A DNA stretch of 64,000 nucleotides from a virus (lineage: Duplodnaviria; Heunggongvirae; Uroviricota; Caudoviricetes): positions 43,329-107,328 of IMG/VR virus record IMGVR_UViG_3300033076_000972. One strand, given 5' to 3'. Below are positions 1 through 10,209 of the stretch, piece by piece. Made by a program: the position numbers and the translations under genes. Every line of letters begins with the position of its first letter. Positions within the stretch are counted from its first letter, which is position 1. The notes beneath the pieces were generated by a model that saw only the letters and a list, made by a program, of their open reading frames with translations, was not told the origin of the DNA and searched no databases.

Positions 1-1
1 G

Positions 2-301
2 ATTAATGGTTTTGCACCACCACCAATTATTCCAACCGCAGATACCAAGCCTTGGGAAATTAAAGCTCTTGATACTAAAGAATTATGGAACGGTACGAAC
101 CCATTCACAATCGCATCATTAGAATTAATTTCAGTTTCAATGGGATGTGAATCATCAAAAGGTGGTCCCGTTACAGGTGGTGTTGTTCACCATTCTTATT
201 GGGAAGCAGGAATTTTAGATAAAATTGCCGAATATTGTGAAGACGATGTAAAAGCGTTAGTAGACCTAATCGAAAAATTTGATAAATTACAATATGTTTA
301 A
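2..301 (+). CDS. DEDDy-type 3'-5' exonuclease-like protein, C-terminal fragment (5' end lies outside the window)
   Basis: Frame is open from the window edge to TAA at 299-301. The C-terminal YCEDDVKALVDL resembles the Exo III (Y-x3-D) motif of Klenow/DnaQ-type proofreading exonucleases. Confidence 0.3.
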   Translation: MNGFAPPPIIPTADTKPWEIKALDTKELWNGTNPFTIASLELISVSMGCESSKGGPVTGGVVHHSYWEAGILDKIAEYCEDDVKALVDLIEKFDKLQYV

Positions 302-890
302 AAATTTAAAACAAATGAATAACTTAATTTCTGAAATGAAGAAATTAACTAATGACCCCGACGCATTAAAAAACCCACAAGCCATGATGGACTCTATGGG
401 TATTAACCAAGAAGAATTGGAAAAACAATTATCGGGTCTGTTGTCCAAAAAAGCAACATTAAAATATACTAAAATACACCCTGAATCTGTTGACCCAAAG
501 TATAATTACGAAAGTGACTCAGGATTTGATTTACATTCAACAGAGGATATTACTGTAGAAGGACTAGGTAGAGCGTTGGTTCCAACAGGATTAAGGTTTG
601 ATATTCCAATGGGTCACGAAATACAAGTTAGACCAAAGAGTGGTTTAGCATTAAAAGAAGGTTTAACAGTTTTAAACACACCGGGAACTGTTGATGCCGG
701 ATATGATGGAGAAGTTAAGGTTATTATTTACAATACAAACCCACAGTCATATCAAGTAAAAAAAGGACAAAAAATTGCACAAGCTGTTTTATGTCCGGTA
801 TTAAATGGTAAATTTGTAACATTACACGAAGTAGTTGAATTAAATGAAAAAGAACGAGGCTCAAACGGATTTGGTTCCACAGGAATCTAA
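294..890 (+). CDS. dut: dUTP diphosphatase (dUTPase) with an N-terminal extension of about 55 aa
   Basis: Canonical dUTPase motifs are present: SGFDLHS (motif 1), GTVDAGYDGEV (motif 3), and a C-terminal RGSNGFGSTG (motif 5). The ORF track starts at TTG 279; the first ATG is at 294. Confidence 0.9.
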   Translation: MFKNLKQMNNLISEMKKLTNDPDALKNPQAMMDSMGINQEELEKQLSGLLSKKATLKYTKIHPESVDPKYNYESDSGFDLHSTEDITVEGLGRALVPTGLRFDIPMGHEIQVRPKSGLALKEGLTVLNTPGTVDAGYDGEVKVIIYNTNPQSYQVKKGQKIAQAVLCPVLNGKFVTLHEVVELNEKERGSNGFGSTGI

Positions 891-1266
891 TATCAGTCCA
901 GTATTACCTAACGGTGTTAAAAACTACTTGATTGATATTGATGGTACCATCACAGAAGATGTACCTAATGAAGAACCAGAACGTATGGCAACTTGTTTAC
1001 CATACAAAGGTTCTGTTGATATGATTAATTCTTGGTATGATGAAGGAAATGTTATTACTTTCTTTACTTCAAGAACCAATGAACATGAAGTAGTTACCAA
1101 ACAATGGTTAGATAAACACGGTTTTAAGTACCATTATTTATTACTTAATAAACCAAGAGGTGGAAATTATCATTGGATTGATAATCACATTGTCAGAGCA
1201 ACTCGTTATGACGGTAAATGGAGTGAATTAGTTAAGAAAGAACACACAATAGAAGTATTTGAATAA
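844..1266 (+). CDS. HAD-superfamily phosphatase, possibly a nucleotidase or a Pnk-like 3'-phosphatase domain
   Basis: LIDIDGTITED matches the DxDGT HAD motif I. Its size and position next to dUTPase fit that reading. The annotated start overlaps dut by 47 nt, so the true start is uncertain. Confidence 0.55.
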   Translation: MKKNEAQTDLVPQESNISPVLPNGVKNYLIDIDGTITEDVPNEEPERMATCLPYKGSVDMINSWYDEGNVITFFTSRTNEHEVVTKQWLDKHGFKYHYLLLNKPRGGNYHWIDNHIVRATRYDGKWSELVKKEHTIEVFE

Positions 1267-2906
1267 TGATTACAATTGGATATAGTACCCGAAGTTCAAA
1301 ACCTGAACTACAAGAATATTTTAAAAAAACTTGTGGTGTAAAAAATATACAGGTTATTGAAAAAGTTAACCCAAATGGTCAGTCGTTAACTGACGTTTAT
1401 AACGATATTTTAAATGAATCTGAAAATGACATTGTTGTACTTTGTCACGATGACATTTATTTTGAAAATAAAAGTTGGGGTTTTAAATTAATTGAGCACT
1501 TTAAAAAAAGTGATTACGGTATTTTAGGTGTTGCCGGGTCAACTTCGTTACCAAAGTCAGGGATGTGGTGGGAAGACCGTCGTAAAATGGTTGGAATTGT
1601 AAATCACGAACATGAAGGTAAGAAATGGGAATCAAAATACTCAAATGATTTAGGTAACAAAATTTATCAAACAGTATTGATTGATGGATTATTTATGGTG
1701 ATTAACAAGAGTCGTATTAAAGAAAATTTTGATACATCAGTAAAAGGTTTTCATTTATACGACGTTGATTTTTGTTTTAGAAATTATTTACAAGATGTTA
1801 AAATTGGTGTTTTATTTAATATTAGAATTACTCACAAATCTATTGGTATGACCAATGAGCAATGGGAGTTAAATCGACAAGAGTTTTCAAATAAGTATAA
1901 AGATAAACTACCAATTAAAATTAAAAAAAATAAACAAGATAGATTAAAAATATTATTATCTTGTTTGAATTTTAAAACCTTTACAGGTTCCGAAGTTTAT
2001 GTTTATGAATTAGCTAAAGGTTTGGTAAAAATGGGACATGATGTAACTGTTTTATCTGAAATTGGTGGACCATTAACCGACAAAGCCAAAAACTTAGGTA
2101 TTAAAGTAAAACCTTTTAGTGAACCACCAGGTTTTAAAATGGGTGATGGAAAATGGGGAATGACTACACCAAATGGAACCGAAGTTTCCAAAGAAGGAAT
2201 GTTATATAAAATACAAGATATGAACTATGATATTATTCACGTTCAACACGAACCTGTAACAAATATGATTTTACAATTATATCCGAATATTGAAAAGATT
2301 GCCACTATTCATTCTGAAGTTATTGACTTGGAAAAACCAATAAAACATGAATCAATCAAAAGATATATTGCAATTAGACCTGAAATAAAAGAACACATTA
2401 TTGAACAAGATGGTATTGATGAAAAGTTAATTGATGTTATTTACAACCCAATTGATGAATCAAGATTTAATCAAAAAGATAATGTTGAAGAAAATGCGGT
2501 TTTATTTGTAGGTACTATTGATTATTTAAGAGAACAATCAATTAAAGATTTAGTTGAATACACAAAAGAAAATCAAATGGAGTTATGGATTGTAGGTGAA
2601 AATAAATCAAATTATTTAGACGATATTTTAATAAATTCTCACGTCAAAAGATTTACGCCGACATGGAATACTGAAACATTTGTTAGAAAGGCAAAAGAAA
2701 CCGCTGGTATTCTTTTAGGTAGAACAACAATTGAAAGTTGGATGTGTGGTAAAAAATCTTGGATTTATAATGTTGATAAATCAGGTGGAATTTTAGGTAA
2801 AGAACTTACTTCACCCCCATCAGATATTGATAAATTTTACAGCTCAACAGTTTGTGATAAATTGGTTGAGTCATATTTGAATATAATTAATGAAACTTCT
2901 AATTAA
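1266..2906 (+). CDS. Two-domain glycosyltransferase (N-terminal GT-A-like, C-terminal GT-B/GT4-like)
   Basis: The N-terminal half has a VVLCHDD acidic motif after a hydrophobic strand, as in a GT-A DxD. The C-terminal half has KILLSCLNF...GSEVYVYELAKGLVKMGHDVTVLS and a distal ...VGTIDY... block typical of the GT4 N- and C-lobes. Confidence 0.55.
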   Translation: MITIGYSTRSSKPELQEYFKKTCGVKNIQVIEKVNPNGQSLTDVYNDILNESENDIVVLCHDDIYFENKSWGFKLIEHFKKSDYGILGVAGSTSLPKSGMWWEDRRKMVGIVNHEHEGKKWESKYSNDLGNKIYQTVLIDGLFMVINKSRIKENFDTSVKGFHLYDVDFCFRNYLQDVKIGVLFNIRITHKSIGMTNEQWELNRQEFSNKYKDKLPIKIKKNKQDRLKILLSCLNFKTFTGSEVYVYELAKGLVKMGHDVTVLSEIGGPLTDKAKNLGIKVKPFSEPPGFKMGDGKWGMTTPNGTEVSKEGMLYKIQDMNYDIIHVQHEPVTNMILQLYPNIEKIATIHSEVIDLEKPIKHESIKRYIAIRPEIKEHIIEQDGIDEKLIDVIYNPIDESRFNQKDNVEENAVLFVGTIDYLREQSIKDLVEYTKENQMELWIVGENKSNYLDDILINSHVKRFTPTWNTETFVRKAKETAGILLGRTTIESWMCGKKSWIYNVDKSGGILGKELTSPPSDIDKFYSSTVCDKLVESYLNIINETSN

Positions 2907-3552
2907 ATTTCCGACAAGGTCTCGTAGAAAACAATTTTTTGAAACTTTTGATAAATACCAACAGTTTATTACTGAACCCACTACTAAATTTTTAATTACC
3001 ATAGATGAGGATGACTCAGATATGAATAATGATGAAGTATTGGCAATACTTGAGTCATATGAAAATGTAACATTTGTGGTTGGTAAGAGTAATTCTAAAA
3101 TTCATGCTATTAATAGAGATATTAATAAAAATGATGATTGGGATATTATTCTTTTAGCATCTGACGATATGATACCACAAGTTAAAGGGTTTGATAAAGT
3201 AATAAACACTTTGATGTCTTCAAATTATCCCGATACTGACGGTATCTTATTTTTTAATGACGGATTTAAAGGTCAAGAATTAAACACACTTTGTATATTG
3301 GGTAAGAAATATTATGAAAGATTCGGATACATTTATTACCCTGAGTATAAATCAACATGGTGTGATAATGAATTTATGATGGTTGGTAATATTCTTAAAC
3401 GACAAAAATATTTCCCAATGGTGATTATTAAACATGAACACCCTGATTGGGGATATGGAAAACACGATATTATACATCATAAAAATCATTCAGATTTGTC
3501 GTTTGACATGAATCTATATAAAGACAGAAAATCCAAAAACTTTTACATATGA
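2890..3552 (+). CDS. Hypothetical protein, possible GT-A-fold glycosyltransferase
   Basis: IILLASDDM is a hydrophobic strand followed by an acidic pair, DxD-like. The gene sits inside the glycosyltransferase cluster. Confidence 0.3.
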   Translation: MKLLIKFPTRSRRKQFFETFDKYQQFITEPTTKFLITIDEDDSDMNNDEVLAILESYENVTFVVGKSNSKIHAINRDINKNDDWDIILLASDDMIPQVKGFDKVINTLMSSNYPDTDGILFFNDGFKGQELNTLCILGKKYYERFGYIYYPEYKSTWCDNEFMMVGNILKRQKYFPMVIIKHEHPDWGYGKHDIIHHKNHSDLSFDMNLYKDRKSKNFYI

Positions 3553-4208
3553 AAAAAATAATTTCATTTTCATTATGGGGTGACAACCCAAAATATACAA
3601 TTGGTGCAATTGAGAACGCTAAATTAGCTAAAATAATATATCCTGATTGGGTATGTCGATTTTATGTTGGTACATCAACACCTGATGAAATTTGGGATGA
3701 ATTATATGATATGGACAATACTGAAATGATTAATATGGATATTGAGGGAGATTGGTCAGGAATGTTTTGGAGATTTTATCCTGCATCTGAAAATGATGTA
3801 GATGTTTTTATTGTTAGAGATACCGATTCAAGATTAAGTAAAAGAGAAAAACAAGCCGTTGATGAGTGGTTATCATCAGATAAAGGATTACATATAATGA
3901 GAGACCATCCTTATCACAATAGTTTAATTATGGGTGGAATGTGGGGAATGAAAAAAGGTACATTTCCTAAAATGAAAGAATTAATTGAAATTTACAAGGG
4001 TGGTGATTTTTGGCAAGTTGACCAAAACTTTCTAAATGAAATGGTTTACCCTTTATGTAAAAACAATACATTTATACATGACGAGTTTATGACATTTGAA
4101 ACTTGGAAAAAACCATTTCCAAGTGAAAGAAATGATAAAGAATTTGTTGGAGATGTTTTTGATGAAAAAAATCAAAGGCACCCCGAATATTATAAATTTT
4201 TAAACTAA
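3549..4208 (+). CDS. Hypothetical protein, possible DxD glycosyltransferase
   Basis: FIVRDTDSRL is a DxD-type motif. An ATGA overlap with the upstream gene indicates co-translation with the cluster. Confidence 0.3.
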   Translation: MKKIISFSLWGDNPKYTIGAIENAKLAKIIYPDWVCRFYVGTSTPDEIWDELYDMDNTEMINMDIEGDWSGMFWRFYPASENDVDVFIVRDTDSRLSKREKQAVDEWLSSDKGLHIMRDHPYHNSLIMGGMWGMKKGTFPKMKELIEIYKGGDFWQVDQNFLNEMVYPLCKNNTFIHDEFMTFETWKKPFPSERNDKEFVGDVFDEKNQRHPEYYKFLN

Positions 4209-4214
4209 AGAGAT

Positions 4215-4874
4215 ATGAAAACAACTGAAGAAATATTAGAAATGTTCCCAGCGAGACTGGTTGAATCAAGAAACTTTAATTACAATGGTAAAACGTATTT
4301 TCAACCATATGAAACAATTTACATAAATGGAGAAAAATTTGACGGACTTAGAAAAAATACAGACCGTGCTGAATTGTTTGATAAAATATTAGAATCAAAA
4401 AATGTTGACTATGACCGTCATTTAGACGTTGGTTCTAATTTAGGTTTTTTTGTTCACCATTTTAGTAAAAAATTTAAAACTAATAATGGTGTTGAAATGG
4501 AAAAATTTTACACAGATATGTGTAATGATATTTTATATCCTGAAATTAGTGGTAGATTCATCAACAATGATTTAAATGTTAAACCTTTAAGAGACTTGTT
4601 TTCTGAACAATTTAACGTTATCACAGCACTTTCAATGATTGAGTATATTAACGATAAATCAAAATTTGTTGAGGACTTATATAATTTAACAAAACAAGTT
4701 TGTATTGTTGAGGGACATAGTGAAGATATTAAAAAAGGATTAGATATTGTTTATGAAAACCATTTAAAATCTCAAGATTGGGAAGTTGAAAGATATTCAG
4801 AACTTACAGAAGCTGGTACTAACGCACCATCAGATTCACCGGGAAGACCTTTATGGATTTGTACTAAAAAATGA
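4215..4874 (+). CDS. Class I SAM-dependent methyltransferase
   Basis: HLDVGSNLGFFVHHF resembles the Rossmann motif I (hh-D/E-h-G-x-G-x-G) of SAM methyltransferases. Confidence 0.45.
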   Translation: MKTTEEILEMFPARLVESRNFNYNGKTYFQPYETIYINGEKFDGLRKNTDRAELFDKILESKNVDYDRHLDVGSNLGFFVHHFSKKFKTNNGVEMEKFYTDMCNDILYPEISGRFINNDLNVKPLRDLFSEQFNVITALSMIEYINDKSKFVEDLYNLTKQVCIVEGHSEDIKKGLDIVYENHLKSQDWEVERYSELTEAGTNAPSDSPGRPLWICTKK

Positions 4875-5344
4875 AAACTTTCATACCCAAAACAAATACA
4901 GTAAATAAAGACAGGATGTATTTTGTCGATAATGATGTATTCATTAAAATTGATACAAATGTTGATAGAGGTAAAAATGAATCAAAAATATTAAATGAAC
5001 TTAAGGGTTTTAAGTATGTACCACAAATTGTTGAATCGATTGAACAGAGTTCAACCCACACACTTAAAATGAATTTTATTTCAGGTGAAACTATAGAAAA
5101 TTGTATATCATTATTATCACTTGATGATAAATTAAAAATCATTAAAGACTTAACAAAAATTATACAATTTTTATTTGACAAAAATATTGTTCATGGTGAT
5201 ATAAATGAAAGTAATATTATTTTTAATTTAGAAACAAAAGAAACATATTTGATTGATTTTGAAACAGGTAAAATTGAAAATAGTATTTTTGATTTGGGGA
5301 GTTATCGTGGTTTACAATATATTATAAATTTTTTTAAATTATGA
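4871..5344 (+). CDS. Small protein-kinase-fold phosphotransferase (APH / choline-kinase / Kdo-kinase-like)
   Basis: Catalytic-loop IVHGDINESNIIF (HGDxxxxN) and LIDFE (DFG-like) motifs are present. At 157 aa it is shorter than typical kinases. Confidence 0.45.
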   Translation: MKTFIPKTNTVNKDRMYFVDNDVFIKIDTNVDRGKNESKILNELKGFKYVPQIVESIEQSSTHTLKMNFISGETIENCISLLSLDDKLKIIKDLTKIIQFLFDKNIVHGDINESNIIFNLETKETYLIDFETGKIENSIFDLGSYRGLQYIINFFKL

Positions 5345-6012
5345 AAATTAAAGATTATCTAAAAAAAGATTTTATTGAGGAGTGTTTATCATTCTTTGGT
5401 GAAAGTGTTAGTGAAATATTAAATGAGGATGTTGATGAGGTTTTATTACATTCGATGAATTTAAGACCTGGTGATTCTTTTTCGTTTTATTCACTTCCGT
5501 TATATGTTGTGGTTAGGATGATAAAACCTGAAAATATTATTGAGACGGGTACACAAAATGGTGGTTCGGCACAAACAATGTTATATGCCTTACACAAAAA
5601 CGGAAAGGGTACATTACATTCAATTGATTCAGGTAATGTGTCAACTGATAATACACATGTCATAACAATTGGTTTACCAGGTGAAAAAATAACAAAATTT
5701 TTAAAAGAAAGATGGAAATTACATTTAGGATTTTCATACGATGTTTTAAGACCTTTATTGGATGAAATAAAAACTGTTGACTTATTTTTTCATGATTCTG
5801 ACCACTCAAAAAAATGTATTGAGTTTGAATTTTCCGAAATAATAAAAAATATAACCAATACATCATTAGTTGGTTTACATGACCATTATGACCAGTGGGA
5901 TTCTAAATCAATTCTTAATGGATTTGAACAAATATTTGCAAAAACAAGACCAAACCAACATTTAGTAAATGGTGAATATCACAATGTATTAAGACTATGG
6001 AAAAGAAGTTAA
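5341..6012 (+). CDS. TylF/MycF-type or CmcI-like SAM-dependent O-methyltransferase
   Basis: IIETGTQNGGSAQTM matches the E-x-G-x-x-x-G-x-S signature of macrocin-O-methyltransferase-family enzymes. Confidence 0.5.
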   Translation: MKIKDYLKKDFIEECLSFFGESVSEILNEDVDEVLLHSMNLRPGDSFSFYSLPLYVVVRMIKPENIIETGTQNGGSAQTMLYALHKNGKGTLHSIDSGNVSTDNTHVITIGLPGEKITKFLKERWKLHLGFSYDVLRPLLDEIKTVDLFFHDSDHSKKCIEFEFSEIIKNITNTSLVGLHDHYDQWDSKSILNGFEQIFAKTRPNQHLVNGEYHNVLRLWKRS

Positions 6013-7079
6013 ACGTAATGCATTATGTTGGCGGATTAAATTACGCAGGTACAAATCGAACTATGGAAAGATTTGTACGAGAAATGGATAAAAATAAATT
6101 TAATGTTTACGTTTTATATAATGAGGTCACAAATGAATTGTATAATCGAACTGATGAATTATCTCGATTAGAGTATTTTAAAAACATTCCAAACATAACT
6201 TTAGTTCCATATAAAATGTGGGACAGGGATGCTGAATACTATTCACCAAATAACACTGATTTTTTTGAAGTTATTTCATCTTTACCTGAAAAAATTGATA
6301 TTTTTCACTTTCACAGAAGTGGTCACACTGAATGGCCAATAACACCAAAGACTGTTAATTTATTTAATAAAGTTGTTGAAACTAATATATTTGCTAGTAG
6401 TGATAATGTAATAAATTTGGATTTATCATTATGCGTGTCAAACCATATTTACTCAAGAAAATCAAATAAAAATAATACCAAAGTATTATACAATGGTATT
6501 GAATTACCTAAAACAGACAAAAATTTACGAGATAAATTAGATATATCTAATGATACATTTGTTTTTGGTAGAATTGGTCGAGATAGTAATTTTACTGATA
6601 TTGCGCTAAAAGCATTTAAAGAAGTTGAAGACAGAAGGGCAAATGTTAAATATATAATTGTAAATCCTTGTAGTAACACAAAAGAATTTGTTTCTAATAA
6701 TAACATTAAAAATGTAATTTTTTTAGACAAAATAATTGATGATGTTGAAATATCAAAATTTTTCAACACAATTGATTGTTTGGCCCATTATAGGTCAGAT
6801 GGTGAGTGTTGTCCTGTTAACATACAAGAATCCATGATTCATGGAAAACCTGTTATATCACACACATCAAATACATTTAATGGACAGGCTGAAATTATAT
6901 CTGATTGTGGTTTTGTGACCAACAACAGTTATGAATATTTTGCAAAGATGATGACACTTATTGATGATAAAAATTTATATCAAGAATTATCCAAAAAATC
7001 ATTTGATTTGGCAAATTCAACATATAGAATTGATGTGATTACAAGACAACTTGAAAATTATTATTTAGAATTGTTTTAA
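5997..7079 (+). CDS. GT-B (GT4-family) glycosyltransferase
   Basis: The C-terminal YRSDGECCPVNIQESMIHGKPVISH fits the E-x7-E / EAMA-G-PVI motif of retaining GT4 enzymes. Confidence 0.65.
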   Translation: MEKKLNVMHYVGGLNYAGTNRTMERFVREMDKNKFNVYVLYNEVTNELYNRTDELSRLEYFKNIPNITLVPYKMWDRDAEYYSPNNTDFFEVISSLPEKIDIFHFHRSGHTEWPITPKTVNLFNKVVETNIFASSDNVINLDLSLCVSNHIYSRKSNKNNTKVLYNGIELPKTDKNLRDKLDISNDTFVFGRIGRDSNFTDIALKAFKEVEDRRANVKYIIVNPCSNTKEFVSNNNIKNVIFLDKIIDDVEISKFFNTIDCLAHYRSDGECCPVNIQESMIHGKPVISHTSNTFNGQAEIISDCGFVTNNSYEYFAKMMTLIDDKNLYQELSKKSFDLANSTYRIDVITRQLENYYLELF

Positions 7080-7080
7080 A

Positions 7081-7776
7081 ATGGAAAAATATATTAGAAT
7101 GGATGATTACCCTCATGGTATGCCAAATTACAGACCAAATTACAAAGAAATAGTTACCGAGTGGGTTAATATATTTGAAAAATATAATATAAAATACATT
7201 TTAGGTGTGACACCACTTTTATTAAAAATGGATGACATACCCCTACTTCAAAAGATTATTAAAAAAGGTAAGATAGTAATGCACGGATTTAACCATAAAT
7301 TTGACCACCCTGGTGATTGGAATACCATTGTTGATACATGGGAACATGGCGGTGAGTTTATGAATATGAGTGAGAATAATATTGATATAAAATATAATCA
7401 ATCAAATAAAATTTTATCTATTTTTGATTCATATGATTCATCACATTTTATACCACCATTTAATTGTCTAACTCAAAATTTAATAAACGTTTTGTCTGAA
7501 AAAGGTGTCAAATACATTCACACTTGTGATAAAGAATACGATGAGTATAATTACAAAAATTTAGATTTTAAAAACATAACCCCAATCATATCAAAATATC
7601 ATAAAGGGTACGACCATGTACACGAAGTAACTAAAAGAATTGGTGGTGATATTGGACAGATTACCCTACACTGGATTTTTGATTCTAATTTTAATGGGTG
7701 GATAAACAATTATGAAAATTTTGCAAAAATATTAAATGAAGATACTGATTATACAGGAGAATGGCAGACACCCTGA
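7081..7776 (+). CDS. Hypothetical protein
   Basis: Long ORF in the co-oriented block. No confident motif found. Confidence 0.5.
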   Translation: MEKYIRMDDYPHGMPNYRPNYKEIVTEWVNIFEKYNIKYILGVTPLLLKMDDIPLLQKIIKKGKIVMHGFNHKFDHPGDWNTIVDTWEHGGEFMNMSENNIDIKYNQSNKILSIFDSYDSSHFIPPFNCLTQNLINVLSEKGVKYIHTCDKEYDEYNYKNLDFKNITPIISKYHKGYDHVHEVTKRIGGDIGQITLHWIFDSNFNGWINNYENFAKILNEDTDYTGEWQTP

Positions 7777-8596
7777 AAACCGAGAATTTAGAGAGTGTTT
7801 CAACTTACAAAGAGCACTTTTAAGAAAAAATATTGATGTCATTGTGTGGGGGTTGGGTCATGAAAACTTTAACACACCTTTTCAAGAAATAATAAAAGAT
7901 ATTGACGTTATTATTCTTTTAGAAAATTACGAATCAAATGGTTGGTTGCCAGATTTAAGTAATCTTAAAATATTGAAAGTATTTTGGAGTATTGATTCGC
8001 ACATGGTTCCAATGAATCACATCACAACTGTGGTTAAAAATAAAATAGATATTGTCTTAAACGCCATAGAATCACACCAAAATTATTTTAAAACATCAAA
8101 AACTTTTTATTTTCCAAATGCGTACCCATCTGATTTAATACAACCAATCAATGGGATTGAGAAAAATATATTTTTAGGATTTTGTGGCTCATTACTTAAT
8201 CGTAATGATATTCTTAACTCATTAGAAACCAAATTTAATTTAAAAAGAGATATTTGGAAATTGGGAAATGAAATGGTAAAAACAATAAACGGATATAAAA
8301 TCCATTTCAATAAAACGTTGTCAAATGATATTAATTACAGAATTTTTGAAACAATGGGATGTAATACTTTAATATTAACTAACAACACCGAAAATATTAA
8401 CACATTTTTTAACGATATGGAAAATGTTGTTGTTTATAACAATGAACCTGAATTGTTTGAGAAATTAAACTTATTATCATCTAACGATGACTTAATTAAA
8501 AAAATTAGTAACTCAGGATATGAATTAGTTAAAAACAATCACACGTATGATAATCGTGCGGATGTTTTACTTAAAATAATTAACGATTACATTTAA
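7736..8596 (+). CDS. Hypothetical protein with a GT-B C-terminal-like tail
   Basis: The C-terminal region (…NEPELFEKLNLLSSNDDLIKKISNSGYELVKNN…) resembles the terminal helix region of GT1/GT4 enzymes. Confidence 0.35.
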   Translation: MKILIIQENGRHPENREFRECFNLQRALLRKNIDVIVWGLGHENFNTPFQEIIKDIDVIILLENYESNGWLPDLSNLKILKVFWSIDSHMVPMNHITTVVKNKIDIVLNAIESHQNYFKTSKTFYFPNAYPSDLIQPINGIEKNIFLGFCGSLLNRNDILNSLETKFNLKRDIWKLGNEMVKTINGYKIHFNKTLSNDINYRIFETMGCNTLILTNNTENINTFFNDMENVVVYNNEPELFEKLNLLSSNDDLIKKISNSGYELVKNNHTYDNRADVLLKIINDYI

Positions 8597-8605
8597 AATT
8601 AAATT

Positions 8606-9355
8606 ATGGATAATAAAAAACCGAGAAGAAAACCTACAGTATCTGTAGAAGACGTAAATCAACAACATAAATCAAAAAAAGAAATTATCAGTACTTTAAT
8701 AAAAAAGAAAACAAAAGATAAATTTTTGTCTAACAGTCAAAGAGAGTATTATGATATTTTACAAAATAGTCAAATAACAATTTGTTCAGGACCTGCAGGT
8801 GTTGGTAAATCATACATCGCAATGAAAGCGGCTGTTGATTTATTGGCAGACCCAAACAATTCTTATGAAAAATTAATTATTGTTAGACCTGCGGTTGAAG
8901 CAGAAGAAAAATTAGGTTCTTTACCTGGTAATGTTGAGGAAAAATTGGACCCGTACATTTTCCCGTCTTATTACCTTTTGAATAAAATTATTGGTAAAGA
9001 TGTTAGAGAAAAATTAAAAGACTTAGAAATTATTGAGGTGTTCGCCTTGGCATATATGAGAGGTATGAACATTGATAACTCAATTCTTATTTTTGAAGAA
9101 GCTCAGAACTGTACACCAAAACAAATGAAACTTCTTATGACAAGAATAGGATTCAATAGTAAATTTTTCATATCAGGAGATTTAGAACAAACTGACCGAT
9201 ATAAAGATAAAACACAATCAGGATTGTGGGATGCATTGGGTAAATTCAAAGACATTGAAGATATTGGAACTTTTACATTTAAAGATTCTGACATTGTAAG
9301 AAATCCAATAATAACTAAAATATTGAAACAATACGAAGATGAAGTTCGCTTTTGA
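8606..9355 (+). CDS. phoH: PhoH-like ATPase
   Basis: Walker A GPAGVGKSYIAMKAAVDLL is present, with an overall PhoH layout including a downstream EEAQNCT Walker B region. Confidence 0.85.
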   Translation: MDNKKPRRKPTVSVEDVNQQHKSKKEIISTLIKKKTKDKFLSNSQREYYDILQNSQITICSGPAGVGKSYIAMKAAVDLLADPNNSYEKLIIVRPAVEAEEKLGSLPGNVEEKLDPYIFPSYYLLNKIIGKDVREKLKDLEIIEVFALAYMRGMNIDNSILIFEEAQNCTPKQMKLLMTRIGFNSKFFISGDLEQTDRYKDKTQSGLWDALGKFKDIEDIGTFTFKDSDIVRNPIITKILKQYEDEVRF

Positions 9356-9950
9356 TACCGATGAAGTTTTAAGGGATACTCTTTCCAAAATAAAAGCAAC
9401 TTATGAAAAGTTTTTTATTGAGGATTATGTATCTGAAGAAGGTGAAGAAGAATTTGAATACAAAATTATAGAGCCAATTACGACTCATAAATTTTCAGAT
9501 TACTTTTTATTTCCATCTGAAAGTGATTATATAAATTTTTTATATTTGGATTTTCCTATGAATATTTTTGGTCACGCACCATCAATATCCGCAAATACAT
9601 TTAACACATTTTCTGAAATACAAAAAAATGTTTTATCAAAAAGAGATAAATTAAGTGTTATTGGTATGGGTATTGCTAAAACAAAACCAGCATCATTATT
9701 TTTTTATTCAAAATATGGGATGGAAGTAGATAACATACTTTTTTATAATAAAAAAACTATAAAAAACATATGGTCAAAATTCGATGTTATTGTTACTGCA
9801 AATCCTGATTTACTTGAAATTAAACCAAAAAATAAAATTTCAATCAAAATAAACACTGAATATAACCAAGATTATGAATCTGATTTTTCAATTGATTCTA
9901 TAGAAGGTTTTACTTCGGTATATAATCAATTAAAATTAAAACATGTTTAA
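9339..9950 (+). CDS. Hypothetical protein
   Basis: ORF in the co-oriented block. Confidence 0.5.
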   Translation: MKFAFDTDEVLRDTLSKIKATYEKFFIEDYVSEEGEEEFEYKIIEPITTHKFSDYFLFPSESDYINFLYLDFPMNIFGHAPSISANTFNTFSEIQKNVLSKRDKLSVIGMGIAKTKPASLFFYSKYGMEVDNILFYNKKTIKNIWSKFDVIVTANPDLLEIKPKNKISIKINTEYNQDYESDFSIDSIEGFTSVYNQLKLKHV

Positions 9951-10209
9951 TATACTTGGTGAAAAATATCACATTGATTTTCAAAAAATTGAAGATTTAA
10001 TTACAATAAAACAAACCGAATCTGGTGACACTGAACAAAACGTAAGTATTGTTAAGTTTGAACTAATTAAAACTATGTTAGATGTTGTCTTATCAGAATC
10101 AGGAGACATTGATGAGAAGATGGGAATGAAAGGGTCAAATGACTTAACTCTTCCCTTTAAATTTGCTTTTAATACATTATTAAGATACGGTATAATACAA
10201 ACATTATGA
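9943..10209 (+). CDS. Hypothetical protein
   Basis: ORF with overlapping start and stop relative to its neighbours. Confidence 0.45.
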   Translation: MFNILGEKYHIDFQKIEDLITIKQTESGDTEQNVSIVKFELIKTMLDVVLSESGDIDEKMGMKGSNDLTLPFKFAFNTLLRYGIIQTL